Positions 42,094-52,584 of a DNA stretch of 64,000 nucleotides are shown in pieces. The stretch's first letter is position 1. Every line of letters begins with the position of its first letter. Under the pieces are notes generated by a model. The model made no database searches. It was not told the DNA's origin and saw only the letters and a program-made list of their open reading frames with translations. Source of the DNA: an uncultured Acidobacteriota bacterium (lineage in GTDB: Bacteria > Acidobacteriota > Thermoanaerobaculia > Multivoradales > UBA5704). The stretch covers positions 224,001-288,000 of the forward strand of contig OY969474.1 in NCBI GenBank assembly GCA_963700145.1, written 5' to 3'. The position numbers and the translations under genes are program-made.

Positions 42094-45000
42094 ATGAAAA
42101 CGATCGCACGCGTCGCCACCCTCGTCGCCCTCGCCCTTGCCGCCGGCGTCGCCCTGCCGAGCGCCGCGGTGGCCCAGGCGAACTTCTTCACCACCACGCC
42201 GTGCCGGCTGTTCGACAGCCGGACCACGGACGCGCCGGCCCTCTCGCACAACGTCCCGCGCCTGATCCAGGTGACGGATGCGCTCGGACCTAAGTGCGGC
42301 GTGCCGGCGAACGCCTCGGACGTGGCCTTGAACATGACGATCACGGCAGGGACGTCGGCCGGCGACGTGGTGCTTTACCCGGGCGACGAAGCGGCCCCGG
42401 CGCCCCCGCGGCCGGGCGCCTTTCCGTTCAAGGCCGGAGTCACGCGCAGCAAGGTGGACATCGTCGCCCTGGCCGGTGATCTCGACGGCGACATCAACGC
42501 GCTCGCGACGATGGACGGCGGGGTGGGGAATACGGTCCACCTGATCCTCGACGTCTTCGGCTACTTCGTAGACGAGGTGCCACCGGTGGCGGTAGACGAC
42601 AACTACGCCGCCGAGAAGGACACGACGCTCAACGTCAGCGCCGCCGCCGGGGTCACCAGCAACGACACGCTGAATGGAGCGTCGATCGTGAGCTACGGCG
42701 CGACCACCGGCGGCGAGCAGACGACGATCGGCGCGGCTACTCCGACCTCGGCGGGCGGTTCGATCGTGCTCAACGCCGACGGCAGCTTCAGTTACACGCC
42801 TCCCGCGGGCGCAGTCCTCATCGACGACACCTTCAAGTACATCCTCCAGAACCCTAGCGGTAGCTCGACGGCCACCGTGACCATCGGGGTGGGCAAGGCT
42901 TCTCAGACGATCAGCTTCACCTCCACCGCCCCCTCCGACGCGACCGTGGGTGGGGCGACCTACACGGTGACGGCGACCGCGACCTCGGGTCTGGCGGTGA
43001 CCTTCACCATCGACGCCTCGGCGAGCACGGTGTGCTCGATTTCCGGCTCGACAGTCTCGTTCATCGGCAACGGGACGTGCGTGATCGACGCCAACCAGGC
43101 CGGCGACGCCAACTACAACCCGGCGCCCCAGGTGCAGCAGTCGTTCGCGGTCAAGAGCGACCAGACGATCAGCTTTACCTCCACCGCCCCCTCCGACGCG
43201 ACCGTGGGTGGGGCGACCTACACGGTGACGGCGACCGCGACCTCGGGTCTGGCGGTGACCTTCACCATCGACGCCTCGGCGAGTACGGTGTGCTCGATTT
43301 CCGGCTCGACGGTCTCGTTCATCGGCAACGGGACGTGCGTGATCGACGCCAACCAGGCCGGCGACGCCAACTACTACGCGGCGCCGCAGGTGCAGCAGTC
43401 GTTCGCGGTCAAGACCGGGCAGACGATCAGCTTTACCTCCACCGCCCCCTCCGACGCGACCGTGGGTGGGGCGACCTACACGGTGACGGCGACCGCGACC
43501 TCGGGTCTGGCGGTGACCTTCACCATCGACGCCTCGGCGAGTACGGTGTGCTCGATTTCCGGCTCGACGGTCTCGTTCATCGGCAACGGGACGTGCGTGA
43601 TCGACGCCAACCAGGCCGGCGACGCGACCTACGCTCCGGCGCCGCAGGAGCAGCAGTCGTTCGCAGTCAAGAGCGACCAGACGATCAGCTTCACGTCCTC
43701 GCCGCCGGCCACCCCGACGGTGGGCGGGCCGACCTACAACGTGACGGCGACCGCGACCTCGGGTCTGGCGGTGACCTTCACCATCGACGCCTCGGCGAGC
43801 ACGGTGTGCTCGATTTCCGGCTCGACGGTCTCGTTCATCGGCAACGGGACGTGCGTGATCGACGCCAACCAGGCCGGCGACGCCAACTACTACGCGGCGC
43901 CGCAGGAGCAGCAGTCGTTCGCGGTCAAGACCGGGCAGACGATCAGCTTTACCTCCACCGCCCCCTCCGACGCGACCGTGGGTGGGGCGACCTACACGGT
44001 GACGGCGACCGCGACCTCGGGTCTGGCGGTGACCTTCACCATCGACGCCTCGGCGAGTACGGTGTGCTCGATTTCCGGCTCGACGGTCTCGTTCATCGGC
44101 AACGGGACGTGCGTGATCGACGCCAACCAGGCCGGCGACGCGACCTACGCTCCGGCGCCGCAGGAGCAGCAGTCGTTCACAGTCAAGAGCGACCAGACGA
44201 TCAGCTTTACCTCCACCGCCCCCTCCGACGCGACCGTGGGTGGGGCGACCTACACGGTGACGGCGACCGCGACCTCGGGTCTGGCGGTGACCTTCACCAT
44301 CGACGCCTCGGCGAGTACGGTGTGCTCGATTTCCGGCTCGACAGTCTCGTTCATCGGCAACGGGACGTGCGTGATCGACGCCAACCAGGCCGGCGACGCC
44401 AACTACTACGCGGCGCCGCAGGTGCAGCAGTCGTTCGCGGTCAAGAGCGACCAGACGATCAGCTTTACCTCCACCGCCCCCTCCGACGCGACCGTGGGTG
44501 GGGCGACCTACACGGTGACGGCGACCGCGACCTCGGGTCTGGCGGTGACCTTCACCATCGACGCCTCGGCGAGTACGGTGTGCTCGATTTCCGGCTCGAC
44601 GGTCTCGTTCATCGGCAACGGGACGTGCGTGATCGACGCCAACCAGGCCGGCGACGCCAACTACTACGCGGCGCCGCAGGTGCAGCAGTCGTTCCCGGTG
44701 GTCAAGCAGGATCAGACGATCAGCTTCACCTCGACGGCCCCGGCCGGGGCACAGGTGGGCGGCCCGACCTACAACGTCACGGCAACGGCGACCTCGGGGC
44801 TGACAGTGACGTTCACCATCGACGCCTCGGCGACCTCGGTGTGCTCGATCTCGGGCTCGACCGTGTCGTTTATCGGCGCCGGCACCTGCGTCATCAACGC
44901 CAACCAGGCCGGCGACGCCACCTACAACCCGGCGCCGCAGGTGCAGCAGTCGTTCCTTGTGGTCAAGCAGGACCAGACCATCACCTTCACCTCGACCCCG

Positions 45001-48000
45001 CCGGCCTTCGCGACGATCGGCGGCCCGACCTACAACGTGACAGCGACGGCGACCTCGGGGCTGACGGTGACGTTCACCATCGACGCCTCGGCGACCTCTG
45101 TGTGCTCGGTCTCGGGCTCGACGGTGTCGTTCACCGCCGGCGGCACCTGCCTCATCAACGCCAACCAGGCCGGCAACGGCACCTACAATCCGGCGCCGCA
45201 GGTGCAGCAGTCGGTCACCGTGAACTCCCCGCCGCAGCCCGTCGCCAGCCCGAAGGAGAGCTTCGACACCATCGGCAACACCCAGCTCGAATTCAAGGCC
45301 GCGAAGGCGCTGTCGCCGTCGGTATTCGTCAGCGGCAACCTCAAGGACAATTTCACCGACTCCGACGGGCCCAGCCCGTTGTCGGTAGTGCCGGTCACCG
45401 GTGGCGCCACCACCAACGGCGGCACCGTCGACATCGCGAGCAACGGCGAGTTCACGTTCACGCCCAAGGCCGGGGATACCGCGGCCTCCGACAGCTTCGG
45501 CTACCAGGTCACCGACGGCGCGTACACGATCAACCGCACGGTGACGGTCAACCGCAAGGAGCGCGTCTGGTACGTGAAGAACAACGCGACGGCCGGAGGT
45601 CTGGGCCGATCCAACGATCCGTTCGACACGCTCGCCGAGGCGCAGACGGCCTCGCTCGCCAACGACTACATCTTCGTCTACTTCGGCGACGGCACGAGCA
45701 CTGGGCAGGCTGCCGGCATCGCGCTCAAGGGCGGCCAGCACCTGATCGGCGAGCACGCGGGGCTGAGCGTGCCGATCACCGGGACGTTCAATGGTGCCTC
45801 GAACCCCACCATTAACCTGGTGACCGCGGTTCCCGGAAATCAGCCTTTGATCGCTCACAGCGGTGCCGGTAACAACGCGGTCTCGGCGACCGACGTGGTC
45901 CCGAGCGAGATCGTCGGCCTGAGCCTCTCGGGCGGCGCCAACGCCATCGACTGGGCGACCGCGGCCGCTATCAGTGCCTCCGGGACGCTCACCATTCGGG
46001 ACAACGTTGTGACCAGCGCCGGAGCCGAGGGCGTCGACATCCTCCTGGCCGGAACCGGTGCGACGAATCTCGCCTTCCACGACAACAACCTGACGGCGAC
46101 CGGCACGGCGCTCGACGTCGCAGAGACGGGCTCCGGTTCCTTGACGATCACCGCCTTCCACGACAACGTCGTCACCGGAAACTCGACGGGCGCCGGCATC
46201 AACATCGTCACGGCGCTCTTCGACGCCACGCCTGGCGGCGGGGTCAACCCTGTGCCCGGCGGCACGACTGTGATTGGTGATCCGGGCAATCGTATCGATG
46301 GCGCCGGCCTGACCCTGACCAGCGTCACGGGCACGCTGACCTTCGCCAATCTGGCGTCCGGCGCCATCCTCGCCGGTGACCTCGACATCTTCAGTAACAG
46401 CGGCCCTGCGCTGAGCGTCGGCGGCGGCGTGGGTGGCTTCACCTTCGACGTCACCACGAACGCCGGCGTGTTGGTGGCCAACGCCGGGCCGGCGGCGGTC
46501 ATCTCCGGCGCCGCTGTGAATCTGCAGCTCAACTCACTCACCAGCAGCAACAGCGCGTCGACCGGCGTCTCGCTGACCAACGTCACGGGCACGTTCTCGG
46601 CGCCGTCCGGAAGCGCTATCACCAACGCCGGCGACGCCGAATTCTCCGTTGCGTCGAGCAGCGCGACGGTCAGCTACGCCGGCTCGATCAGCGACACCTC
46701 GGGCAACGATGCCGGAGTCTCGCTGACGAGCAATACCGGCACCATCAGCTTCACCGGCGACATCGACCTCTCGACCGGCTCCAGCACCGCCTTCAATGCC
46801 ACCGGCGGCGGCACCGTGACGGCGACCAACACCGACAGCACGCTCGCGACGACGACCGGCACGGCGCTCAACGTGACCAGTACCCAGATCGGCGCTGGCG
46901 GCCTCATCTTCAAGAGCATCTCAGCCAACGGCGCCGCGAAGGGCATCATCCTCAACAGCACCGGCACCGCCGCCGGCAACGGCGGCCTCAGCGTCACCGG
47001 CACCGGGACCACCGACGGCTCGGGAGGCACCATCCAGAACATCAGTGCTCGCGGCGGTGAGTTCATCACCACCAAGGCCCTCTCTCTGAAGAACATCAAC
47101 TTCACGAACGCCAACACCTCGAACGGTGGCACCTGCACCGACCTTTCCACGGCCGGCTGCAATGCCGCGATCTATCTCAGCGGGGTCACCACCGTCACCC
47201 TCGACAACATCAACGTCACTGGCACAACCGCCCAGGAGGCCATCAACGGCCTCAACGTCAGCACCTTCACGCTCAGCAACAGCACCCTTGCCAACTGCGG
47301 AACCTCGGGGGCCGTCGAAGAGGGCTGCATCAAGATGAGGGAGCTCACCGGGACGTGCTCCATCACTGGCTCCGACCTCTCCTTCCCGGGCCAGGATGTC
47401 GTGGAGATCGTGAATACCGCGGGTCCAACTCTGACTCTCAACGTGAACAACTCCACGTTCCGCGACAGCCAGTCCTCCGGCACCGGCGGCAACGGCCTCC
47501 AGGCAAGAAGCCAAGGCACTGCGAGCATGGTCCTCAACGTGACCAGCAGCTCTTTCCTCAGGCTGCGCACGAACGGTCTGCAGGCGACCGCGATCAACAG
47601 CGCCAGCAACGACGTCGACGTGACCACCAGCACGTTCGACCCGGACACCGGAATCGGCATCGGTCTGGACCTCGACGCCGACAACACCGGGAACCTGGTG
47701 TTCAACGTCCAGAACAACACCAAGATCTACTCCCGCAACGGGCCGGCGGTGAACGTCTTCGGCGACACCAACGCCACGATCAACGGGCGCATCAACAACA
47801 ACCCTGACGTCCAGGTGAAGACCAACGTCGGCAGCAACGTCGGCTCTGGAATCCGCGCCAATATCAACAAAGACGCCACCGCCAAGATCGAGGTCAAGAA
47901 CAATGTCGTCAACGTCGGCTCGGACGATGCCGGGATCGACCTCTCGGGCATCGGCAAGACGACGGCCAACCCAGGCGGCGCCACCAATACTCTCGACGCT

Positions 48001-48336
48001 ACGGTGACCGGCAACAACGTGACCATCGGCGCCACGTCGACCTATGGCATCATCATCCTCTCGGCAACCAATGCGAGCGACACGAACGCGATTTGCGCCA
48101 ACGTGGGAACCAATGCGATCACACGGAATCCTTCGTCCATCGCATCCTTCCGGGCGCGAGTACCCAGTGCCAGCGGCTTCTTCAGAATGGAGGGGTTCGT
48201 CACCAACGCTGAAGCCACCTGGAACGCCAAGGGCAACACGCCGGTGAGCGCCGGCGGCAGCGAGGTCAGCTTCGGCGGCAGCGGTACGTTCGCCGCATGC
48301 ACTGCGGCGTTGCCGACTAATCCAGGTCCGAACTAG
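42094..48336 (+). CDS. Giant secreted repeat adhesin / surface protein (2080 aa)
   Basis: Signal peptide MKTIARV...AQA; PCRLFDSR...LILDVFGYF domain; Ig/cadherin-like PVAVDD...DGSFSYTP domain; nine ~86-aa repeats; second Ig-like domain; Asn/Thr/Gly-rich beta-helix-like C-terminus. Confidence 0.88.
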   Translation: MKTIARVATLVALALAAGVALPSAAVAQANFFTTTPCRLFDSRTTDAPALSHNVPRLIQVTDALGPKCGVPANASDVALNMTITAGTSAGDVVLYPGDEAAPAPPRPGAFPFKAGVTRSKVDIVALAGDLDGDINALATMDGGVGNTVHLILDVFGYFVDEVPPVAVDDNYAAEKDTTLNVSAAAGVTSNDTLNGASIVSYGATTGGEQTTIGAATPTSAGGSIVLNADGSFSYTPPAGAVLIDDTFKYILQNPSGSSTATVTIGVGKASQTISFTSTAPSDATVGGATYTVTATATSGLAVTFTIDASASTVCSISGSTVSFIGNGTCVIDANQAGDANYNPAPQVQQSFAVKSDQTISFTSTAPSDATVGGATYTVTATATSGLAVTFTIDASASTVCSISGSTVSFIGNGTCVIDANQAGDANYYAAPQVQQSFAVKTGQTISFTSTAPSDATVGGATYTVTATATSGLAVTFTIDASASTVCSISGSTVSFIGNGTCVIDANQAGDATYAPAPQEQQSFAVKSDQTISFTSSPPATPTVGGPTYNVTATATSGLAVTFTIDASASTVCSISGSTVSFIGNGTCVIDANQAGDANYYAAPQEQQSFAVKTGQTISFTSTAPSDATVGGATYTVTATATSGLAVTFTIDASASTVCSISGSTVSFIGNGTCVIDANQAGDATYAPAPQEQQSFTVKSDQTISFTSTAPSDATVGGATYTVTATATSGLAVTFTIDASASTVCSISGSTVSFIGNGTCVIDANQAGDANYYAAPQVQQSFAVKSDQTISFTSTAPSDATVGGATYTVTATATSGLAVTFTIDASASTVCSISGSTVSFIGNGTCVIDANQAGDANYYAAPQVQQSFPVVKQDQTISFTSTAPAGAQVGGPTYNVTATATSGLTVTFTIDASATSVCSISGSTVSFIGAGTCVINANQAGDATYNPAPQVQQSFLVVKQDQTITFTSTPPAFATIGGPTYNVTATATSGLTVTFTIDASATSVCSVSGSTVSFTAGGTCLINANQAGNGTYNPAPQVQQSVTVNSPPQPVASPKESFDTIGNTQLEFKAAKALSPSVFVSGNLKDNFTDSDGPSPLSVVPVTGGATTNGGTVDIASNGEFTFTPKAGDTAASDSFGYQVTDGAYTINRTVTVNRKERVWYVKNNATAGGLGRSNDPFDTLAEAQTASLANDYIFVYFGDGTSTGQAAGIALKGGQHLIGEHAGLSVPITGTFNGASNPTINLVTAVPGNQPLIAHSGAGNNAVSATDVVPSEIVGLSLSGGANAIDWATAAAISASGTLTIRDNVVTSAGAEGVDILLAGTGATNLAFHDNNLTATGTALDVAETGSGSLTITAFHDNVVTGNSTGAGINIVTALFDATPGGGVNPVPGGTTVIGDPGNRIDGAGLTLTSVTGTLTFANLASGAILAGDLDIFSNSGPALSVGGGVGGFTFDVTTNAGVLVANAGPAAVISGAAVNLQLNSLTSSNSASTGVSLTNVTGTFSAPSGSAITNAGDAEFSVASSSATVSYAGSISDTSGNDAGVSLTSNTGTISFTGDIDLSTGSSTAFNATGGGTVTATNTDSTLATTTGTALNVTSTQIGAGGLIFKSISANGAAKGIILNSTGTAAGNGGLSVTGTGTTDGSGGTIQNISARGGEFITTKALSLKNINFTNANTSNGGTCTDLSTAGCNAAIYLSGVTTVTLDNINVTGTTAQEAINGLNVSTFTLSNSTLANCGTSGAVEEGCIKMRELTGTCSITGSDLSFPGQDVVEIVNTAGPTLTLNVNNSTFRDSQSSGTGGNGLQARSQGTASMVLNVTSSSFLRLRTNGLQATAINSASNDVDVTTSTFDPDTGIGIGLDLDADNTGNLVFNVQNNTKIYSRNGPAVNVFGDTNATINGRINNNPDVQVKTNVGSNVGSGIRANINKDATAKIEVKNNVVNVGSDDAGIDLSGIGKTTANPGGATNTLDATVTGNNVTIGATSTYGIIILSATNASDTNAICANVGTNAITRNPSSIASFRARVPSASGFFRMEGFVTNAEATWNAKGNTPVSAGGSEVSFGGSGTFAACTAALPTNPGPN
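42904..45225 (+). repeat. Nine intragenic ~258-bp tandem repeats
   Basis: QTI(S/T)FTS...TATATSGL.VTFTIDASA..VCS.SGSTVSF...GTC.I.ANQAG...Y..APQ.QQS occurs nine times. The first seven copies are nearly identical in DNA. Confidence 0.95.
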
Positions 48337-48347
48337 GGAGGGCAGAG

Positions 48348-48860
48348 ATGGCTGAGCCGTTTCTCTCGGAAGTCAGGATCATGAGTTTCGTCTTCGCACC
48401 CAAGGGGTGGGCGCTGTGCAATGGACAACTCCTCCCCATCAATCAGAATCAGGCACTCTTCTCCCTGCTGGGTACGACCTTCGGCGGCGATGGGCGCGTC
48501 AACTTCGCGCTCCCCGATCTCCGGGGACGCGTGCCGATCCACGTCGGCAGCGGTCACACGCTCGGCGAGAGAGGGGGTGAACAGGCGCACACGCTTTCGA
48601 TTGCTGAGCTACCGACCCACACTCACGTTCTGAACGCGAGCTCGACGGCTGCCAACGCCAGCCCTCCCAGTCCACAGAACGCAACCATTCTCGCTGACAG
48701 CGCGCCGGGCCAGGCCTATGGCTCGCCAACGAGCCTGGCCGCCATGGGCGCTGCCAGTATCACCAACACTGGCGGCTCTCAGGCGCACCTGAACATGCAA
48801 CCGTTCCTCACGCTGTCGCTCTGTATCGCGTTGCAGGGAATCTTCCCGAGCCCGACCTAG
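48348..48860 (+). CDS. Phage tail-collar domain protein (microcystin-dependent protein-like) 1
   Basis: FAPKGWALCNGQLLPI...LFSLLGTTFGGDG...FALPDLRGR...CIALQGIFP. Confidence 0.9.
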   Translation: MAEPFLSEVRIMSFVFAPKGWALCNGQLLPINQNQALFSLLGTTFGGDGRVNFALPDLRGRVPIHVGSGHTLGERGGEQAHTLSIAELPTHTHVLNASSTAANASPPSPQNATILADSAPGQAYGSPTSLAAMGAASITNTGGSQAHLNMQPFLTLSLCIALQGIFPSPT

Positions 48861-48870
48861 GAGGAGAGAG

Positions 48871-49374
48871 ATGGCGCAACCTTACGTTGGCGAGATTCGG
48901 ATGTTCGCCGGCAACTTCGCGCCGGCGGGGTGGATGTTCTGCGAGGGGCAGCTCCTGCCGATCAGCGAGAACGAGACGCTGTTCCAGCTCATCGGCACGA
49001 CGTACGGCGGTGACGGGGAGTCGACGTTCGCCCTGCCGGACCTGCGGGGAAGGATCCCGATCCACCAAGGCAACGGCTTCATCCTCGCGGAGACCGGCGG
49101 CGCGGAGGAAATCACCCTGACGGTGAACCAGATTCCCGCCCACAGCCATCCGCTCCTGTGCACGGCGTCACCAGGTACGTCGGCCGCTCCACAGAACGGC
49201 GTCCTTGCAAAGACGACCACCGGGTTTTTGTACATCAACGAGAACCCGACGGACAACATGGCAGCGACGGCGGTTTCGCCGGTTGGGGGCAGCCAGCCTC
49301 ATACCAACTTTCAACCGTATCTCTGCGTCGACTTCATCATCTCCCTGTTCGGGATCTTCCCGAGCCCGACCTAG
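48871..49374 (+). CDS. Phage tail-collar domain protein 2
   Basis: GEIRMFAGNFAPAGWMFCEGQ...FALPDLRGR...FIISLFGIFP. Confidence 0.9.
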   Translation: MAQPYVGEIRMFAGNFAPAGWMFCEGQLLPISENETLFQLIGTTYGGDGESTFALPDLRGRIPIHQGNGFILAETGGAEEITLTVNQIPAHSHPLLCTASPGTSAAPQNGVLAKTTTGFLYINENPTDNMAATAVSPVGGSQPHTNFQPYLCVDFIISLFGIFPSPT

Positions 49375-49428
49375 AGTCGTGCGAGATGCGCCTGATTGCA
49401 TTCATGAGACCTCTAGGAGGAGGCTGAC

Positions 49429-49953
49429 ATGGCAGACCCGTTTGTCGCCGAGATTCGGATTTTCCCCTTCAACTTCGCACCCAGGGGCTGGGCGTGGTGC
49501 GACGGCCAGTTGATGCCGCTCTCTCAGAATACGGCTCTGTTCTCTCTGCTCGGCACTACCTACGGGGGGAACGGGAAGTCGAACTTCGCGCTGCCCGACT
49601 TGCAAGGGCGCGCGCCGATGCATCCGGGCCAGGGTCCGGGGCTGTCTCTCCACGATCTTGGCGAGACCGGCGGCTCTGAAACGGTCACGCTGCTGGAATC
49701 GGAGATTCCTGCACACGCGCACACGTTGCGGGGTGATCGCAATGTTTCGGAGACTCCAGACCCGGCTTCCAATACACTGGGGAGAGGCTCGAGCATCAAC
49801 GCCTACCAGAGTGTGGTTAACCAGAACCTGGTCTCCATGGCTCCCGAAGCCCTTGCCCCCGCCGGCGGCGACCAGCCGCACAACAACCTGCAGCCGTACC
49901 TGACGTTCTACTTCTGCATCGCCCTCCAGGGCGTCTTCCCGCCCCGCGGTTAA
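49429..49953 (+). CDS. Phage tail-collar domain protein 3
   Basis: AEIRIFPFNFAPRGWAWCDGQ...FALPDLQGR...CIALQGVFPPR. Confidence 0.9.
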   Translation: MADPFVAEIRIFPFNFAPRGWAWCDGQLMPLSQNTALFSLLGTTYGGNGKSNFALPDLQGRAPMHPGQGPGLSLHDLGETGGSETVTLLESEIPAHAHTLRGDRNVSETPDPASNTLGRGSSINAYQSVVNQNLVSMAPEALAPAGGDQPHNNLQPYLTFYFCIALQGVFPPRG

Positions 49954-50047
49954 CCAGGACGGCGCCGCCGCAGCTCGCTCGCGAGCTCCGGCCGGCGTCT
50001 CTTTGCCGCACGTTTCGGTGTTTGCGCTCTTGCCGCGCTGCGCCTAG

Positions 50048-51316
50048 CAGGCTGCTGAAAAACCCCGGTTCGCGCTACCCTTGCAGGCCATGCGAGGGAA
50101 AGCGCGCGAGCAGAGGACGTTGTTGATGGTGGGGTCGTTGGAGGAGCGGATTCCGGCGGCGCATCCGATCCGGCGGATCAAGGGGCTGGCCGACCGGGCT
50201 CTCGGGCAGTTGAGTGAGGTGTTTGCGGTGATGTACGCCGAGACGGGGCGGCCGTCGGTGCCGCCGGAGCGGCTGCTCAAGGCGCAGCTGCTGATCGCGC
50301 TGTTTTCGGTGCGGAGCGACCGGCAGTTTTGCGAGCAGCTCGAGTACAACCTGCTGTTTCGCTGGTTTTTGGATCTGGAGCTCGACGAGCCGTCGTTTGA
50401 CGCGAGCACGTTTTCACGCAACCGGGAGCGGCTGATCCGGCACGAGGTGGCCGAGCGGTTTTTGGCGGCGATCGTGGCTGAGGCGAGCGTGCAGCGGCTG
50501 CTGTCGAGCGAGCACTTCTCGGTGGATGGGACGCTGATCGAGGCCTGGGCGTCGATGAAGAGCTTCCGGCGCAAGGACGGGCCGCCGGGCGGAGACGCCA
50601 ACGGCTGGAGCGATTTCACGGGGACGAAGCGGAGCAACGAGACGCACGCCTCGACGACCGACCCGGAAGCGCGCCTGGCCCGCAAGGGGGATGGGCACGA
50701 GGCGAAGCTCTCGTTTTCCGGCCACGCTCTGATGGAGAACCGCAACGGATTGTTGGTGGACTTCGCGGTGGCCCAGGCCGATGGGTTCGCCGAGCGCCGC
50801 GAAGCTCTGGGTCTGCTCGCGCAGCTCAAAGGCTCGCGGCGCAAGACGGTGGGCGCCGATAAGAGCTACGACACCAAGGGCTTCGTGGCTGCCTGCCGAG
50901 AGCTCGGCGTCCCCCCCCACGTCACCCAGAATGCCCACCGGCGCAGGCGCTCGGCAATCGACCGGCGAACAACGCGCCGTCCCGGCTACCGGATCAGTCA
51001 GGTCGTACGGCGGCGAATCGAGACGATCTTCGGCTGGCTCAAGACCTGCGCAGGGCTGCACCGGACCAGGGTCCGAGGCGTGGCGAGGACGCAGCTGGCC
51101 GCCCGCCTCGCCGCCGCAGCGTACAACCTGCTCCGATTAAGTCGCCTGCTCGTGCCGGCATAGCCCAAAAGGTCCTGCCCAGCAAAACCAGCGGCGCTCA
51201 AACGCGCCCACAAGGCGCCTGTTGCCCTCCCCTTCCACCCGCGCACGCGACATCGCCCGCTCCCAGATCGCTGTCAGCCTCGCACCCGCCGTTGAAGGCC
51301 GTTTCTCAGCGGCCTG
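50048..51316 (+). mobile_element. Complete IS5-family insertion sequence (1269 bp) flanked by CTAG
   Basis: IRL caggctgctgaaaaac (50048-50063) and IRR gtttctcagcggcctg (51301-51316). CTAG lies on both sides (50044-50047 and 51317-51320). Confidence 0.92.
50090..51163 (+). CDS. IS5-family DDE transposase
   Basis: GRPSVPPERLLKA...YNLLFRWF, VDGTLI, ADKSYD, RRRIETIFGWLK, AAYNL. Confidence 0.93.
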   Translation: MRGKAREQRTLLMVGSLEERIPAAHPIRRIKGLADRALGQLSEVFAVMYAETGRPSVPPERLLKAQLLIALFSVRSDRQFCEQLEYNLLFRWFLDLELDEPSFDASTFSRNRERLIRHEVAERFLAAIVAEASVQRLLSSEHFSVDGTLIEAWASMKSFRRKDGPPGGDANGWSDFTGTKRSNETHASTTDPEARLARKGDGHEAKLSFSGHALMENRNGLLVDFAVAQADGFAERREALGLLAQLKGSRRKTVGADKSYDTKGFVAACRELGVPPHVTQNAHRRRRSAIDRRTTRRPGYRISQVVRRRIETIFGWLKTCAGLHRTRVRGVARTQLAARLAAAAYNLLRLSRLLVPA

Positions 51317-51431
51317 CTAGAGCGGCGAGCGCTCGCTCAAGGCAGCAGCGGCTCGGCGAGGCGGATGGACTGATCCAGCTCTGCGAACATCCGCTCCGCC
51401 TCCTGGGTGGTGAAGACTCGGCGGCCCAAGC

Positions 51432-51600
51432 GGGAAGCTTCCCTTCCGGCCGGGGAAGCTTCCCGCTGGAAAAGCGAGGCACTCCTCTTGGTTGGGGAAG
51501 CTTGCCTTTTGAAAAGCGAAGCTTTCCTTTCGGATGGCGAAGCTTCCCTCTTGAAAGGCGAAGCTTCCCCCGCCGCCGGGGAGCCTTCCCCGCTGCGCGG
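51432..51600. repeat. 21-bp-period array (~8 units) with a self-complementary GAAGCTTC core
   Basis: Units such as gggaagcttcccttccggccg, gggaagcttcccgctggaaaa and gcgaagcttccctcttgaaag. Confidence 0.75.
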
Positions 51601-51834
51601 CGGGGGTTCCGCCCTCTTTGCCTCGCCCGCGCCGGCGCCGGCGTCAGAACCTACTCCGGCGGCCACGAAGTAGGAGGAGCGTAGCGCGGGGGGCGGCGAC
51701 GCCCCCGGCCTCGCGAGACCTGGAGACAACCGGCCGGGACCACGGCGCGCAAGCCAATAGATGATGCGTAGCGAAAGATATGGACGAGGCGTTGTTGACT
51801 TGACGTTCTTGGTTCCTCTAGCGTCGCAACCCTC

Positions 51835-52584
51835 TTGAGCCTCCAGCTCCGCCGCCGCGACGTCGTCGCCTTCGGCTCGCTCGCCCTCCTCTCGCCGTGG
51901 GTGGGAGGGATCGCGCGCGCCGAGGAGGCGCTCTTCGGCGCCGCGGCCGCGGGCGTCCGGCTCGCCTCGCTCGGCTACATCGAGGAGACCGAGGGGCTCG
52001 GCAACCTGCGCAAGCTGCCGCGCGCCGTGCGCAACCCAGCCGCCGCGCGGCTGGCGGACGGCGCCGGCACCGTCGTGCCGGCCCACACCCTGCCGCTCGG
52101 CGACACGGAGCTCATCGGCCGGCCGCTGCGGCTCACCGTTCACGGCCTCTATCCCGGGGGGGCGCTGCGCGGCGCGGCGCGCCGCATACTCCCGCTCGCG
52201 GTGGACTTCGACGTCCTCTTCCCGGCCCCCGAGCCGGCGGTCTCCGAGGCACCCGTCCCCTACTACGCCTGGAGCTTCCGCCGCCGTCCCGGCTGGAACC
52301 CCAGCCCGCCGGTCTCCTTCGTTTTCCCGGTCGATTGGTCCGTGTTCCCGGAGCTGGCGGTGCGGGTCACCCCTGCCAACGGGGGCGCGCCGATGGTGAT
52401 GCGCGTCCGCTTCACGCTCGACGACGAGAGCGGCCTGCCGCGGCTGCGCCGCGGCGTCTATCTCGTCGGGCTCGTCCCCGACGCCTGGCGGAGCGGCATG
52501 GACCTCGCCGAGCTGGCCGCCACGGCGCCGGCCTCCCGCCTCTCGCTCCTCCTCTCGATCGATTCGGAGCCGCTCGCCGAGTGA
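51835..52584 (+). CDS. Hypothetical protein with a Tat-like signal
   Basis: LRRRDVVAFGSLALL N-terminus; host-like codon usage; GTGA coupling to the downstream GNAT. Confidence 0.65.
   Translation: MSLQLRRRDVVAFGSLALLSPWVGGIARAEEALFGAAAAGVRLASLGYIEETEGLGNLRKLPRAVRNPAAARLADGAGTVVPAHTLPLGDTELIGRPLRLTVHGLYPGGALRGAARRILPLAVDFDVLFPAPEPAVSEAPVPYYAWSFRRRPGWNPSPPVSFVFPVDWSVFPELAVRVTPANGGAPMVMRVRFTLDDESGLPRLRRGVYLVGLVPDAWRSGMDLAELAATAPASRLSLLLSIDSEPLAE

Noticed and set aside
48348-49953. Prophage or contractile injection system
   Set aside because: No sheath, tube, baseplate, capsid, terminase or lysis genes are nearby.
51432-51600. Possible mini-CRISPR with palindromic repeat
   Set aside because: The conserved part is only ~12 bp with ~9-bp variable parts, far too short for repeat-spacer units.
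51337-52143. Minus-strand 268-aa ORF through the 21-bp array, ending RVFTTQEAERMFAELDQSIRLAEPLLP
   Set aside because: It overlaps a better plus-strand gene and the repeat. The tail may be a gene remnant but I cannot assign it.
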